Virus record (IMG/VR): IMGVR_UViG_3300045988_091053
Span: 1-40,042 of that record
Origin: a virus
Strand: one strand, 5' to 3'
DNA length: 40,042 nucleotides
Within the stretch, counting starts at the first letter, position 1; each line of letters opens with the position of its first letter. The notes under the pieces were generated by a model. The model did no database searches and had not been told where the DNA came from. It saw only the letters and a program-made list of their open reading frames with translations. The translations under genes and the position numbers were made by a program. Below, piece by piece: positions 24,258-34,586 of the stretch.

Positions 24258-27200
24258 ATGGCGTTTGACGGATCAATAGAAGCGATTATCGGCGCGGATT
24301 TAACCGGCTATGAAAAAGCAATGAGCGACGTCGTGAATTCGACGCGTAAAGCATTTCAAAACGCGGCGCAAGAGGCGTCAAAAAGCGCTAATCAGATGAT
24401 TCGTGAAGTCGGTCAGCTTATGAACCGGCTCGCAAACAGTAACCAGAATATCGGATCCAAGATCGGCCAAGGTTTGACCGGCGGATTTAAAATCGCCCTC
24501 GGAGAGCTACAGCGTATCTCTTCTAACATCGGCGCAAAATTACCTGACCCCATACGGAAAGCATTTACTCGCGTTTCGGCTGATATTAAATCAGTTTTAG
24601 GCGCGATGAAAAATGACGTTGCTTCCCTCGGGTCCAGCATTAACTCGAAGATCAAAAAAGCGTTTGATTTTGATATTTCAAGCGCGATTAAATCGCCAAA
24701 GAGCGCGTTTGCTGAAATGGCAAACAGCGTCGACTCGATGGCAAGCCGTATCAGCTCCAAAGTCCACGCTATCGGCTCGGTATTTACTAATTCGGCAAAC
24801 AATATGTCCGGATCGTATAAGACGGCCTTTGGTGCGATTGGGGACTCTATGGCACGGCTCGAAGCTCGGATCCAGTCAACGGCTGGGAATATTACGAGCG
24901 CACTTGGCCAAAAAGTCTTGAATCCGATTAATTCGTCGTGGTCTAGTATGTTTTCCAACTTAACCAGCAAGGCTAACAGCTTCGCGGAACGGGTTCGAAA
25001 TTCGTTTGGCGGTCGAATCCTTTCTTCCGTCAATAATCTCGCGAGCAACGTAAGCGGTAAGCTCGGAAACGCCTTTCACACGACGGGCCAAAAGGCCGTT
25101 AGTGCATTAACTGGGATCGTGAGTCATACGGACAGAGCGGCCAGCGCGTCAACAAACTTGCTCAAGCAGGTTTTAGGCGTGGCAGCCGCTTATAAACTCT
25201 TTGACCTTGGTAAACAAGCGATCAAGAGTACTGTTTCAAAGGCTGCTGAATTTGAAGCCAAAATGAGTAACATTAAGGCCGTGACGGGTGAGAGCGCGGA
25301 AACGATGAAGAAATTCAACGACGCCGCTATCAAAGCCGGAGCAGATACAGCCTTCAGCGCAGCGGACGCCGCTGACGCAATTGGCGAGCTCGCAAAAGCT
25401 GGGGTTTCAACGAAGGATATTCTCAACGGTGGACTTACAGCGTCCCTAAACTTGGCCACAGCGGGCGAGCTCGATCTGAAAGAAGCCGCTGAAATTACAT
25501 CGACAGCCTTAAACGCGTTCAAGCGTGACGGTATGACAGCCACACAGGCAGCAAACCAACTTGCGGGAGCTGCTAACGCGTCAGCGACAGACGTCCATGA
25601 GCTGAAATATGGTCTCTCAATGGTCGCTCCGGTCGCGTCTGGGCTTGGTCTATCGTTCCGCGATACCACGAACGCCCTCGCAGTATTCGCTCAAAACGGA
25701 CTCAAGGGATCAGACGCCGGTACATCACTTAAAACTATGCTTATGAATCTGCAACCGCAAACCAAAGCACAGCGAAATATGATGATGGATCTCGGAATCG
25801 TGACCGAGGACGGCGCGAACAAATTCTTCACGGCCGAAGGTAAAATCAAGTCATTCGCTGAAATTTCTCAAGTCTTGAAAGAACACTTGGGCGGATTGAC
25901 TGACGCAGAAAAACAAATGGCCTTGAAGACTATGTTCGGTACCGACGCGGTGCGGGCCGCTACTATCGCGATGAACGAAGGGGCAGACGGCGCTAACAAT
26001 ATGCAAGCCGCCATCGACAAAGTAAGCGCGGCTCAAGTAGCGGCTGAAAAGCTGAACAACTTAAAAGGGGCTGTTGAGGCTTTAAGTGGTTCTTGGGAAA
26101 CACTTCAGATCACAATAGGGACGGCAGTCTTACCAGTATTGACGACGCTCGTAAAATGGATTGATAAGCTAGTCGATAAAATTTCAAATTCTAAAGGTTT
26201 GCAGAATTTTCTCGATGCTCTAAACTCATTAAATCCGGCATTGAATCAATTCCTTAACGGAACTAAAATGAGCGACGAGCAAGCGAGCAAGTTTAAAGGG
26301 ACCATGGAGGCCCTTAAACCGGCTGTAACTGGTCTTATTGGTGCGTTTGCCTTTGGCCCAGCGGTTCGCGGTTTAACTTCTCTTACGGGCGTTATGGGCA
26401 CGGTCGCAAGTAAAACAATGGCCCTCGGATCGGTCGCCTCAAGTGCATTTAGCACGGCCGGCGGATTTATTTCGAGCTTCGTTGGTAAGATTGGAGGTAT
26501 TCCGGGCGCACTTGGTGGAGCGGCTTCGCAAGGTCTATCAGTCCTTGGAATGATGACGACTGGGATCGCTTCCGTTATGGGAATTGCCCTCGCGTCAATC
26601 GGCCCAGCCGCTATTCTTGGCCTAGTCCTCGCTGGTCTTGGTCTGATTAACCAACAATTTGGGAAACAGATCGATCAGTTGATTACCACAGTAACGACTA
26701 AAGGGCCGATGATTATTCAAAACCTTGTAAATAGCATTACTAGTCAATTACCGAGCTTGATTGCTTCTGGTGCTGATCTAGTGGCCAAACTCGCACAAGG
26801 ATTCGCGACAATGTTTCCGGTGATCGTTGACGCTGGTATCCAGTTAATCGGTAGCCTTGTTCAAGGTGTGGGCCAAAATGCAAGCTCTTTGATCTCGTCC
26901 GCGGTGACTGTTATCGGGACCTTGGTCGATAGCTTACTTTCAGCATTACCACAGTTGCTATCAATCGGTATGCAGTTGCTTCTCAGCATTACACAAGGGA
27001 TCTTGCAAAACTTGCCACAGATCCTTACGACCGCACAACAGATTGTAACTAACTTCGTGTCGAATTTACAATCACAATTCCCACAAATCCTCGAACAAGG
27101 GATTCAAATCTTGATGAATGTCGTAAACGGTATTGTTCAAGCCTTACCAGCGATCATTGAGATGGGGACACAAGTCATTATCGGCTTTATGCAAACGATC

Positions 27201-28958
27201 TTGTCGAACTTGCCAACGATCTTACAAGGCGGTATTCAATTAATCGTAAGCCTCGTTCAAGGGATCATTAGTTCGTTGCCACAGATCGTACAAAGCGCAG
27301 TTCAGATCATCGGTCAGATGATTCGTGGGCTTGCTCAAGCCTTGCCACAACTAATTATGGCAGGGGCTCAGTTGGTCGTACAGCTCGCACTTGCGATCAT
27401 TAAGGGCTTGCCAAATATCGTTACAGCCGCTTGGGAGATTATTAAGGGGTTCGGCGAAGCCTTACTTAATTTCGTACCAGAGGCCTTGAAAGCCGTCGCG
27501 GACGCTATCGGTAACTTCTTTGGTGGTATCTGGGACTGGATCACAGGTAAGTCAGACGAAGGCGGGAAGAAAACCGAAGAATCGATCAATAACACAGCGG
27601 AACATATTAAGACGAAGAGCTCGGAAACAACAACACAATTAAGTACCGACGCTTCAACCGCTAGTACCAATGTATCGACTTCTTACGATCAGATGAGCAC
27701 AAACACGATCGCGTCAACGTCAAATATGAGTCTTGGCGTCACGGCTAACATGTCCCAAATGGCCACAAACGCGATGGACAGCACCACTCAGTTGCAACAA
27801 ACCGCCTCAACGAATTTCGGTCAGTTAAACGCTGACGGGACTATGAATATGCAACAGCTTGCTGCAAATGCGGACGCGTCATTTAATCAGATGAACGCAA
27901 ACGCACTTGCTCAAACTGGACAGATGAATACAGGCGTAACGAGCAACATCGGCCAGTTGAACGCGAACGCAAGTAACGAGCTGAATCAACTCTTTAATAA
28001 TGCGAACGCGAGCACGACGGGAGTCAATGCGGCTGCAACCACTAACGCGCAACAAGCAAGCGCGAATGTTGTAAGCAACTTCCAACAAATGCAAACGGGA
28101 GCAACGAGCGCTACAAATGCGATGGCTATTAGTGCTCAGACAGATTTTGGTAAGATGGCCCAACAAGCGGAGCAATCAAGCTCTAAAATGTCACAAGCTA
28201 TCACGACGAATTATCAAAATATGCAAAAGACTGTCACAAGCGCGATGAACGCGACAGCTCAAGCAGTCCAAGCCGGCCTCAATAAGATCTCACAAGTGAG
28301 CTCTTCGGCTGGTAAGCAGTTGGAAAGCGCGTTTAAGTCAACGTTCCAAAACGTAACAAATAGCGCTAAAAGCGGTATGCAAGCATTTACTAGTACCATG
28401 CAATCAAGCATGACTCAAGCGGTATCTCTTGCTAGTTCGGCTTGTGCTCAGATTTCGGCTTCGTTTGGCTTGCTTCCGGCAATGCTTCAAATGGTCGGAT
28501 TTAACGCGGGCATTGGTCTATATAATGGACTTGCTTCGATGGCTGGTTCGCTCTATGATCTCGCTTATAGTATTGCTTCAAATATCGCTAATATTATGCG
28601 TTCAGCGCTTGATATTCATTCGCCGTCCCGCGTTACGAAAAAGATCGGTAGCTTCACGGGTGAAGGTATGTTTCTTGGTATGCGTGACTGGGTATCAGAT
28701 ATCAATGATATGGCTCGTCAGTACGCCCAAGCGATCACAGATCAAGACTATCAGACTAATAGCGTATTGACCACAAGCGCGAGCGTGACAAGCTCGGGTG
28801 TTCGTTCGTCTCTTGAGGACTTGAGCGACGAAGTCAAGAACTCGCAACTTGCGAACCAAAAATTTGAAGTACATAACGAGATTGTGGGAGACAAGATCTA
28901 TACCACAATCAAGGAGAAAGACGCGCGAGAAAAGGCGCTAGACGCTTATTTCGCGTAA
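24258..28958 (+). CDS. Tape measure protein
   Basis: 1566 aa. TM-rich centre, LPQI-type periodic repeats and an N/Q/S/T-rich repeat region. Confidence 0.9.
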   Translation: MAFDGSIEAIIGADLTGYEKAMSDVVNSTRKAFQNAAQEASKSANQMIREVGQLMNRLANSNQNIGSKIGQGLTGGFKIALGELQRISSNIGAKLPDPIRKAFTRVSADIKSVLGAMKNDVASLGSSINSKIKKAFDFDISSAIKSPKSAFAEMANSVDSMASRISSKVHAIGSVFTNSANNMSGSYKTAFGAIGDSMARLEARIQSTAGNITSALGQKVLNPINSSWSSMFSNLTSKANSFAERVRNSFGGRILSSVNNLASNVSGKLGNAFHTTGQKAVSALTGIVSHTDRAASASTNLLKQVLGVAAAYKLFDLGKQAIKSTVSKAAEFEAKMSNIKAVTGESAETMKKFNDAAIKAGADTAFSAADAADAIGELAKAGVSTKDILNGGLTASLNLATAGELDLKEAAEITSTALNAFKRDGMTATQAANQLAGAANASATDVHELKYGLSMVAPVASGLGLSFRDTTNALAVFAQNGLKGSDAGTSLKTMLMNLQPQTKAQRNMMMDLGIVTEDGANKFFTAEGKIKSFAEISQVLKEHLGGLTDAEKQMALKTMFGTDAVRAATIAMNEGADGANNMQAAIDKVSAAQVAAEKLNNLKGAVEALSGSWETLQITIGTAVLPVLTTLVKWIDKLVDKISNSKGLQNFLDALNSLNPALNQFLNGTKMSDEQASKFKGTMEALKPAVTGLIGAFAFGPAVRGLTSLTGVMGTVASKTMALGSVASSAFSTAGGFISSFVGKIGGIPGALGGAASQGLSVLGMMTTGIASVMGIALASIGPAAILGLVLAGLGLINQQFGKQIDQLITTVTTKGPMIIQNLVNSITSQLPSLIASGADLVAKLAQGFATMFPVIVDAGIQLIGSLVQGVGQNASSLISSAVTVIGTLVDSLLSALPQLLSIGMQLLLSITQGILQNLPQILTTAQQIVTNFVSNLQSQFPQILEQGIQILMNVVNGIVQALPAIIEMGTQVIIGFMQTILSNLPTILQGGIQLIVSLVQGIISSLPQIVQSAVQIIGQMIRGLAQALPQLIMAGAQLVVQLALAIIKGLPNIVTAAWEIIKGFGEALLNFVPEALKAVADAIGNFFGGIWDWITGKSDEGGKKTEESINNTAEHIKTKSSETTTQLSTDASTASTNVSTSYDQMSTNTIASTSNMSLGVTANMSQMATNAMDSTTQLQQTASTNFGQLNADGTMNMQQLAANADASFNQMNANALAQTGQMNTGVTSNIGQLNANASNELNQLFNNANASTTGVNAAATTNAQQASANVVSNFQQMQTGATSATNAMAISAQTDFGKMAQQAEQSSSKMSQAITTNYQNMQKTVTSAMNATAQAVQAGLNKISQVSSSAGKQLESAFKSTFQNVTNSAKSGMQAFTSTMQSSMTQAVSLASSACAQISASFGLLPAMLQMVGFNAGIGLYNGLASMAGSLYDLAYSIASNIANIMRSALDIHSPSRVTKKIGSFTGEGMFLGMRDWVSDINDMARQYAQAITDQDYQTNSVLTTSASVTSSGVRSSLEDLSDEVKNSQLANQKFEVHNEIVGDKIYTTIKEKDAREKALDAYFA

Positions 28959-28968
28959 AGGGGGAACG

Positions 28969-29832
28969 ATGGACTTATTAATTGAAAAGGACGGCCAAAG
29001 CCAGAAATTATCTGGTCTTGGTCTTTACAATATCACGGTCGATGATTCGTCCCCGGCCGTGGAATTATCAAGGCGTACCGTAAAGGGGCGCAATGGTTAT
29101 ATTTTCGACGGCTTGACTTATACCGAAAAGAAAATCTCAGTCACAGCAAGACTTTCAGCGGGGTCAATGGAGCACTTTTTAAATTTAAAAGATGAATTGA
29201 CTCGCTGGGTCTTGGGTGATGATAGCTTTTATATCACGAAATTGTACCAAAACGTAAATAATATTTACGACTTCCAGACGCCGGGGCAAACGACGGGAGA
29301 CCTTAATCTTGCCCAGTTGCCACATGCTAATTGGAAATATCGTTATAACGTTGTGGGCGATGGTCAAATCGAGTTTGATTTTATCGGCAATTCTGAAGCT
29401 GGGATCAAGTACAATGTTTCGTTTTCGTTCGTGACGGCTACACTTCCGTATGGAGAGACGATTCCGAGGGATCTAGTGCTCACGGCGAACAGCTTTCCAT
29501 ACAACGGCACGGCTCCACTTAGCCAGTTAGAAGTCCCGTTTGTCGTGGAATTGACCGCAAACGCTGATAATACCAGCTTTTTTGTCGAAATTGACGGCCG
29601 TCGGTTTACTTACCAACACACTGAAACGCCTTTGAGATCTGGGCAAAAGCTCCTTTTAAAAGGGGTTGAGACAGCGATCTATCAAGGACCGACCACGCAA
29701 GATCTAAACGTCAACAACCGGACGAATTATGAATATTTCGTTATTAGGCCAAAGCCTAACCGGTCAGTCAATTGGTTTACAAATTTCAAGGGGACTGTCA
29801 AGATCCTCGGTTTCAAAGAGCTATATCGCTAG
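28969..29832 (+). CDS. Distal tail protein (Dit)
   Basis: Synteny directly after the tape measure gene. Size is typical of the Sipho_tail family. Confidence 0.7.
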   Translation: MDLLIEKDGQSQKLSGLGLYNITVDDSSPAVELSRRTVKGRNGYIFDGLTYTEKKISVTARLSAGSMEHFLNLKDELTRWVLGDDSFYITKLYQNVNNIYDFQTPGQTTGDLNLAQLPHANWKYRYNVVGDGQIEFDFIGNSEAGIKYNVSFSFVTATLPYGETIPRDLVLTANSFPYNGTAPLSQLEVPFVVELTANADNTSFFVEIDGRRFTYQHTETPLRSGQKLLLKGVETAIYQGPTTQDLNVNNRTNYEYFVIRPKPNRSVNWFTNFKGTVKILGFKELYR

Positions 29833-29847
29833 AGAGGAGGTGGATCA

Positions 29848-32800
29848 TTGATTACTTTTTACGACGAGAAAGGCAACGGATACGGAGCCCAAGTCGAGAT
29901 GAAAACTAAAAACGCTGTAAATGGCGAGCGATCGATTTCGGGAACGATTGTATCTAATACGCAGGTCCTTTCGCGTTTAGATCGTGGGTGGAGCTTTACC
30001 TTCGACGGCGAGCTCTATAAGATCATTTACGCGAAGCCAAAAGACGAAGGCAAAAACATTTCGCTATCGTTTGACGCGGTCCACCAGTTCTTTTACGATT
30101 TCGAGCACTCGAACTGTTATAAAGAGTTTAACGGTTCAAATCGTTTTGAAGTGTATATCGAGGCGATATTTAAAGATAGCGGGTATCGGTATGTGATCGA
30201 GGCACAAGCAGGATCAATTCGAAAAGAGAATTTCGGTAACGCGAGCCGCTTGAAAATGTTTAAAGACATTATCAAAGCAGCGGGCCTTGAATTTTCGGTA
30301 ACTGGAAAAGTCGTTCGAATTTTGAAGAAAGTCGGGACCGATCTTTCGACAGTCGTCCGGAAAAATTTCAACATGAACGAGCTCACGATCGAAAAAAATA
30401 TCGGTGGCTTTATCACTTACAAAAAAGGTCTGGGGGCGTGGAAAGATGAAGAAAACCACGAAGCGGGCCGATATACTTCCGAATATGAGAGTCCACTTGC
30501 TCGGATCTATGGCCGAATCGAGGGTGAACCCGTAACAGATGAACGCTATAAAAATACTGGTAAGCTCTTAGAACGACTAAAGAAAGAAGTTGACGAATCC
30601 TATTCGATCTCAGTCCAGCTTGACATGGAAGATCTCACGCAAGCCGGATATGAGTACACACGGCCCCGTGCTGGTGACTATATCATGGCTATTAACGAGA
30701 CGATCGGTTTTCGCGAGAAGATCCGTATCGTGTCTTACGAGAGCTCTTACGACGTGACGGGTCGGCTATTGTCCCACAAGGTAACGTGTAACGATATTGG
30801 GACCGTCCAGAAAGCGATCACGTCAGAAGGCTCGATCATGCGAAGCGTGGCCGAGTCGAAAGAATACGCTGAAGGAGCTCTCGAGATAGCCACTCGGGCG
30901 CTTGTGTCCGCGAACGGCAAGAATACCAACTATTACGGGGCAACGAAGCCCAAGGACGAGCCAAGAGGGACGCTTCATGAAGGCGATCTCTTGTACTTGA
31001 CCGTGGGCGAAGAAACAGAGCTCTATTATTGGAGCGGGACGGAATGGCTCCCGAAAATCCTCAAAGTTGACACGAAAAAAATTGAGACGTTGATCTCAGA
31101 CGCTCAGAAGGCTACAAATAAGGCAATCGAGCAAGCAAATGCAACAGCAAACGAAGCCCTCAAGAAAGCCGGCACGTTACCAGACACTAGCAAGCTATCT
31201 GATCAGATCAAACAACAGATCTTGAACAGCCCGGACTTGCAAAACAAAGTCACGGAAGGTGTAAAGAGCGTTGACGGTGACACGATTTATAGTAAGATTG
31301 TGTCCAAAGTGTCCAAGCAGTTCGCAACCAGAGGCGAATTTGAAAGCATTGACCGTGTGCAAAATGACATGGGTCAAAATTTAATTGGTCTATCTAAGCA
31401 GATTGCAACTCAAACGCTCGAATTCAACAAACTCACAGAGTCGAACAAAATTTATGAGCGTATTCTTGGTAAATCGGAAACCGAAGCCCCGGACAAGCTC
31501 TCACGGCTTGTCATGTCGAGCGAGATATTCCAGACAGAGGTCGGGAAGTATTCGACGAGTGGTGGGCCGAATATGCTCCGAAATTCCCGCGCTGATGATG
31601 GCTTGAAATATTGGACTGAAGCTAATGGACGGTTGACGTTCACAGCTCACCATTTTTACCTAAACGGTCAGAAGCGAATGTTTTCTCTAAGACCAGGAGC
31701 ATTTGTCCACAGTCCGCGATTTATCATCAAACAAAATACAAATTATATGCTTAATTTGATAGCTTTTGATGCTAACACAGCACGCTTTAAAATTGCATTC
31801 TGTAAGCGTAGAAAAGGATCGACGAATGACTTCGACGAAATGCAAATAATCTTTGACAAGACTGGTTCTCCTGCATTTAACTCAGACAGAGCCGTCAAGA
31901 AGTCATTTAGCTTTAACACAGGGGCATTTGATGAAGGTTATCTGTTATTTAATTATCAAGGGAATACTAACGGCTGGTCTGGTCTATTTATGACAGAACT
32001 GGACTTTTACGAAGGTTCAGCAGATCGCTTATGGCAGCCGAGCCCGGACGACAGCGTGGAGCCGATTGAATCAGTACGGACTCAAGTCACACTGCTTGCT
32101 GACTCTTGGTCGGTTAAGAACCTCAACAGCGCTGGCGACGTGTTGGGCCAGCTCAACCTCAACAAAGACGGATCAATCAAGCTGAATGAAGCACTCATCG
32201 CGATTGGTGAGAAAACCTACGTCAAAGACGGGGTTATAAAAAAGTCGATGATTGGGTATGGTCAGATCGGAACGGCCCATATTGGAGAGATTGACGCAAA
32301 CATAGCAAGACTTATCAACGTATCGGCAAAGAACATCGTATCAGATGGGCTTACAGCTAATATTATTCGCGGTGGTGTTTTAGCCTCAAAGAATGGAAGG
32401 TTAAAATTTGACCTTGACAATAGCGCGTTAGAGTCAACATCTGACGAGGCAGTCATAAAAAGAATAGGTTCGGGAGCTAGTTTTCCAACTCAATTTCTTA
32501 AATTTAGCAAAGGTTGGGTACAAGGTCGCTCACAACCAGTCGGAATGACGATTCTGGGATCGAACCGATACGGAGACGGCCGGTCTGAAGATGGAAATTC
32601 TGGTGGCTTCGCTGGTATTCGAATCTGGAATGGATCAAATGCCGAAGGCTACGCAGACTCGGTCGACGTTGTTGGAGATGAAATTGTTTTGTGTGATTCT
32701 CCTTTTCAAAACCGCAATGGGTGGCTTATGAAAACGACTTATTCGGACACGTCGTTATTCTCAATAACAAACAAGAGAAATTCGCGAATTTATGCCGGAG

Positions 32801-32955
32801 ACTTTTTGTTTGAAAAAGCTGGCGGAGGAAACGCAAGTTTACGCCAGATTCTTTGGCAAATCGGGGATAATATTGCTCAGTTATACAGGTTCCGCGCACA
32901 AAATAATGAAGGGACTCCCGGCTGGAATGACACCAACAAATGGGGGTGGAGTTAA
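29848..32955 (+). CDS. Tail-associated lysin-like / host-recognition tail protein (Tal)
   Basis: 1035 aa directly after Dit. Prophage-tail-like N-terminal third, coiled-coil centre, beta-rich C-terminal domain. Confidence 0.7.
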   Translation: MITFYDEKGNGYGAQVEMKTKNAVNGERSISGTIVSNTQVLSRLDRGWSFTFDGELYKIIYAKPKDEGKNISLSFDAVHQFFYDFEHSNCYKEFNGSNRFEVYIEAIFKDSGYRYVIEAQAGSIRKENFGNASRLKMFKDIIKAAGLEFSVTGKVVRILKKVGTDLSTVVRKNFNMNELTIEKNIGGFITYKKGLGAWKDEENHEAGRYTSEYESPLARIYGRIEGEPVTDERYKNTGKLLERLKKEVDESYSISVQLDMEDLTQAGYEYTRPRAGDYIMAINETIGFREKIRIVSYESSYDVTGRLLSHKVTCNDIGTVQKAITSEGSIMRSVAESKEYAEGALEIATRALVSANGKNTNYYGATKPKDEPRGTLHEGDLLYLTVGEETELYYWSGTEWLPKILKVDTKKIETLISDAQKATNKAIEQANATANEALKKAGTLPDTSKLSDQIKQQILNSPDLQNKVTEGVKSVDGDTIYSKIVSKVSKQFATRGEFESIDRVQNDMGQNLIGLSKQIATQTLEFNKLTESNKIYERILGKSETEAPDKLSRLVMSSEIFQTEVGKYSTSGGPNMLRNSRADDGLKYWTEANGRLTFTAHHFYLNGQKRMFSLRPGAFVHSPRFIIKQNTNYMLNLIAFDANTARFKIAFCKRRKGSTNDFDEMQIIFDKTGSPAFNSDRAVKKSFSFNTGAFDEGYLLFNYQGNTNGWSGLFMTELDFYEGSADRLWQPSPDDSVEPIESVRTQVTLLADSWSVKNLNSAGDVLGQLNLNKDGSIKLNEALIAIGEKTYVKDGVIKKSMIGYGQIGTAHIGEIDANIARLINVSAKNIVSDGLTANIIRGGVLASKNGRLKFDLDNSALESTSDEAVIKRIGSGASFPTQFLKFSKGWVQGRSQPVGMTILGSNRYGDGRSEDGNSGGFAGIRIWNGSNAEGYADSVDVVGDEIVLCDSPFQNRNGWLMKTTYSDTSLFSITNKRNSRIYAGDFLFEKAGGGNASLRQILWQIGDNIAQLYRFRAQNNEGTPGWNDTNKWGWS

Positions 32956-32956
32956 C

Positions 32957-33175
32957 ATGGACACAGTAAATAAAATTATAAATGAGATCTCGCAAAATCT
33001 CGCAAATGCTATCGTTGAGGCTACAAAATATACGGTCTTATACGAGGAAGCAAACGAAGAAAACAAGCGCGTAAACGAGCTACTAGCTAAGTTTAACGAC
33101 GTTTTAGATAGCGATCAAGCACTCAAAGAGTTGTTCGATGAAACAGCTCAAAAATTAGAAGAACAAAAGGACTAA
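32957..33175 (+). CDS. Small coiled-coil protein
   Basis: Start set at ATG 32957, 2 nt after the Tal stop. 72 aa. Confidence 0.5.
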   Translation: MDTVNKIINEISQNLANAIVEATKYTVLYEEANEENKRVNELLAKFNDVLDSDQALKELFDETAQKLEEQKD

Positions 33176-33179
33176 ACAC

Positions 33180-33815
33180 ATGGAATTTAAAATCATTAAC
33201 AAGTATCTACAAGAGGAAGGACGTACATTTGTATCAATCCGGTCAGCTAACCCTTACACAGCTTTTGAACGCGTTTTGATTGGTGATCGTACCAGCGAAT
33301 CAGATGAAGTGCTGATCCAGGCCGTACTTGGTCAAGTCGTGACCGAATTGAACCCGGCCGAGGGTGTGAAGAAATTACAAGAAGACTTGCACGTACAGGC
33401 TCAAGAATACGAGGCTAAACTTGCCAAGAAAGACGAAGAGATCCAAAAGGTAAAAGACGTGGCAGAATGGAGCGTACTCGCTCGTGTGACCGACGTAGAC
33501 AATCCACTTGATCCTACAGTATTCAAGCGTGGCCTTGAGTTAGTGGACCTTGGGAAAGTTGGCACAACATATCCAGCAAAAGCGATCTTTGCACTTGAGG
33601 ACCCTAACCACGTTGAAAAATTCAGCGAAGGCAAGCGCGTGATGGTCCAAGTGACAGAACCATTTACCTATAACGGCGAAACACTTGACCAGCTCGAATC
33701 ATTGCACCAAAACGGCAAGATCGGTATCTGGAAATGGACCGAACCAAAACCGGACGAACCAAAAGCGAACGCCCCTCAACCAGCGGGAGAGCTTGAAACC
33801 CAACCCGTCCAGTAA
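33180..33815 (+). CDS. Hypothetical tail/baseplate-region protein
   Basis: 211 aa, tightly coupled to the upstream gene. Confidence 0.5.
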   Translation: MEFKIINKYLQEEGRTFVSIRSANPYTAFERVLIGDRTSESDEVLIQAVLGQVVTELNPAEGVKKLQEDLHVQAQEYEAKLAKKDEEIQKVKDVAEWSVLARVTDVDNPLDPTVFKRGLELVDLGKVGTTYPAKAIFALEDPNHVEKFSEGKRVMVQVTEPFTYNGETLDQLESLHQNGKIGIWKWTEPKPDEPKANAPQPAGELETQPVQ

Positions 33816-33843
33816 GCAAGTGGATTGATAGGGGGTGGTTTAA

Positions 33844-34245
33844 TTGGACCTATTGGCATTAGTAGACAAGCTAACACCCGTATTAGTCGTGATCATTCCA
33901 AGTTATTTCTCTTTTAAGAGTACCAAAACCACTAAAGAAGCTGACAAACGTCTTGAGGGGTTATCAAATAAAATCGATACCCTCGAGAAGTCAGTATCAA
34001 CCGTGGAAGAAATCGGTAAAGATAACCAACGGAATTTGACGATGATCGGGAAAGGTTTGCAACGGCTTCAACGTTTTCGACTGCAGGAAAATTTGAAGAA
34101 CGCGCTCAAGCGTGGACACACAAACCAGCACGAGATCGAGGAGCTATCGAAATTATACGAGAGTTACGTCGAATTAGGCGGGAACGGAGCTATCAAAGTG
34201 CTATTCGAGCGCTTTCTGGAATTAGAAATAAAAGAGGACAAATAA
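33844..34245 (+). CDS. N-terminally membrane-anchored coiled-coil protein (BhlA/XhlA-like architecture; lysis-associated?)
   Basis: TM helix LTPVLVVIIPSYFSF followed by a coiled coil. Directly upstream of the holin. Confidence 0.4.
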   Translation: MDLLALVDKLTPVLVVIIPSYFSFKSTKTTKEADKRLEGLSNKIDTLEKSVSTVEEIGKDNQRNLTMIGKGLQRLQRFRLQENLKNALKRGHTNQHEIEELSKLYESYVELGGNGAIKVLFERFLELEIKEDK

Positions 34246-34246
34246 C

Positions 34247-34576
34247 ATGGATCAAATTACGAACATTATCACAACGTCAGCAATGAGCATTTTAGTAGTT
34301 TTAACAGGTATCGTGGTACAAGCAATCAAGAAATACTTGTTAATGCGTGGTGGCAAAAAAGCGATCGAGATCGTGGAGATCTTGGCAAAAAACGCAGTCA
34401 ACGCTACAGAGCAGGTTGCTGACAAATTGGATATTCACGGCAAGGATAAGCTAGAGCACGCTAAAACGAGCTTGATCGAGGGTCTTGAATCTCAAAATAT
34501 TCACTTGACGAGTCAAGAACTAAATACCTTTATCGAAGCAGCCGTTAAACGCGCTAATGATGAATGGAAGAAATAG
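34247..34576 (+). CDS. Holin (LL-H family-like)
   Basis: 109 aa. N-terminal TM helix AMSILVVLTGIVVQAI, charged C-terminus, directly upstream of the lysin. Confidence 0.65.
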   Translation: MDQITNIITTSAMSILVVLTGIVVQAIKKYLLMRGGKKAIEIVEILAKNAVNATEQVADKLDIHGKDKLEHAKTSLIEGLESQNIHLTSQELNTFIEAAVKRANDEWKK

Positions 34577-34586
34577 GAGATAGAAA

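Noticed and set aside
24413-25048. Long antisense ORFs within the tape measure, helicase, ATPase and portal genes (for example 24413-25048, 25190-25669, 1002-1493, 1513-2004, 18454-18882)
   Set aside because: These are shadow ORFs opposite strongly supported long genes, with no RBS or operon logic.
26700-28450. Periodic LPQI-type and N/Q/S/T-rich repeats in the 1566-aa protein as a possible novel domain
   Set aside because: Such length-setting helical repeats are typical of tape measure proteins. I recognised no enzymatic motif.
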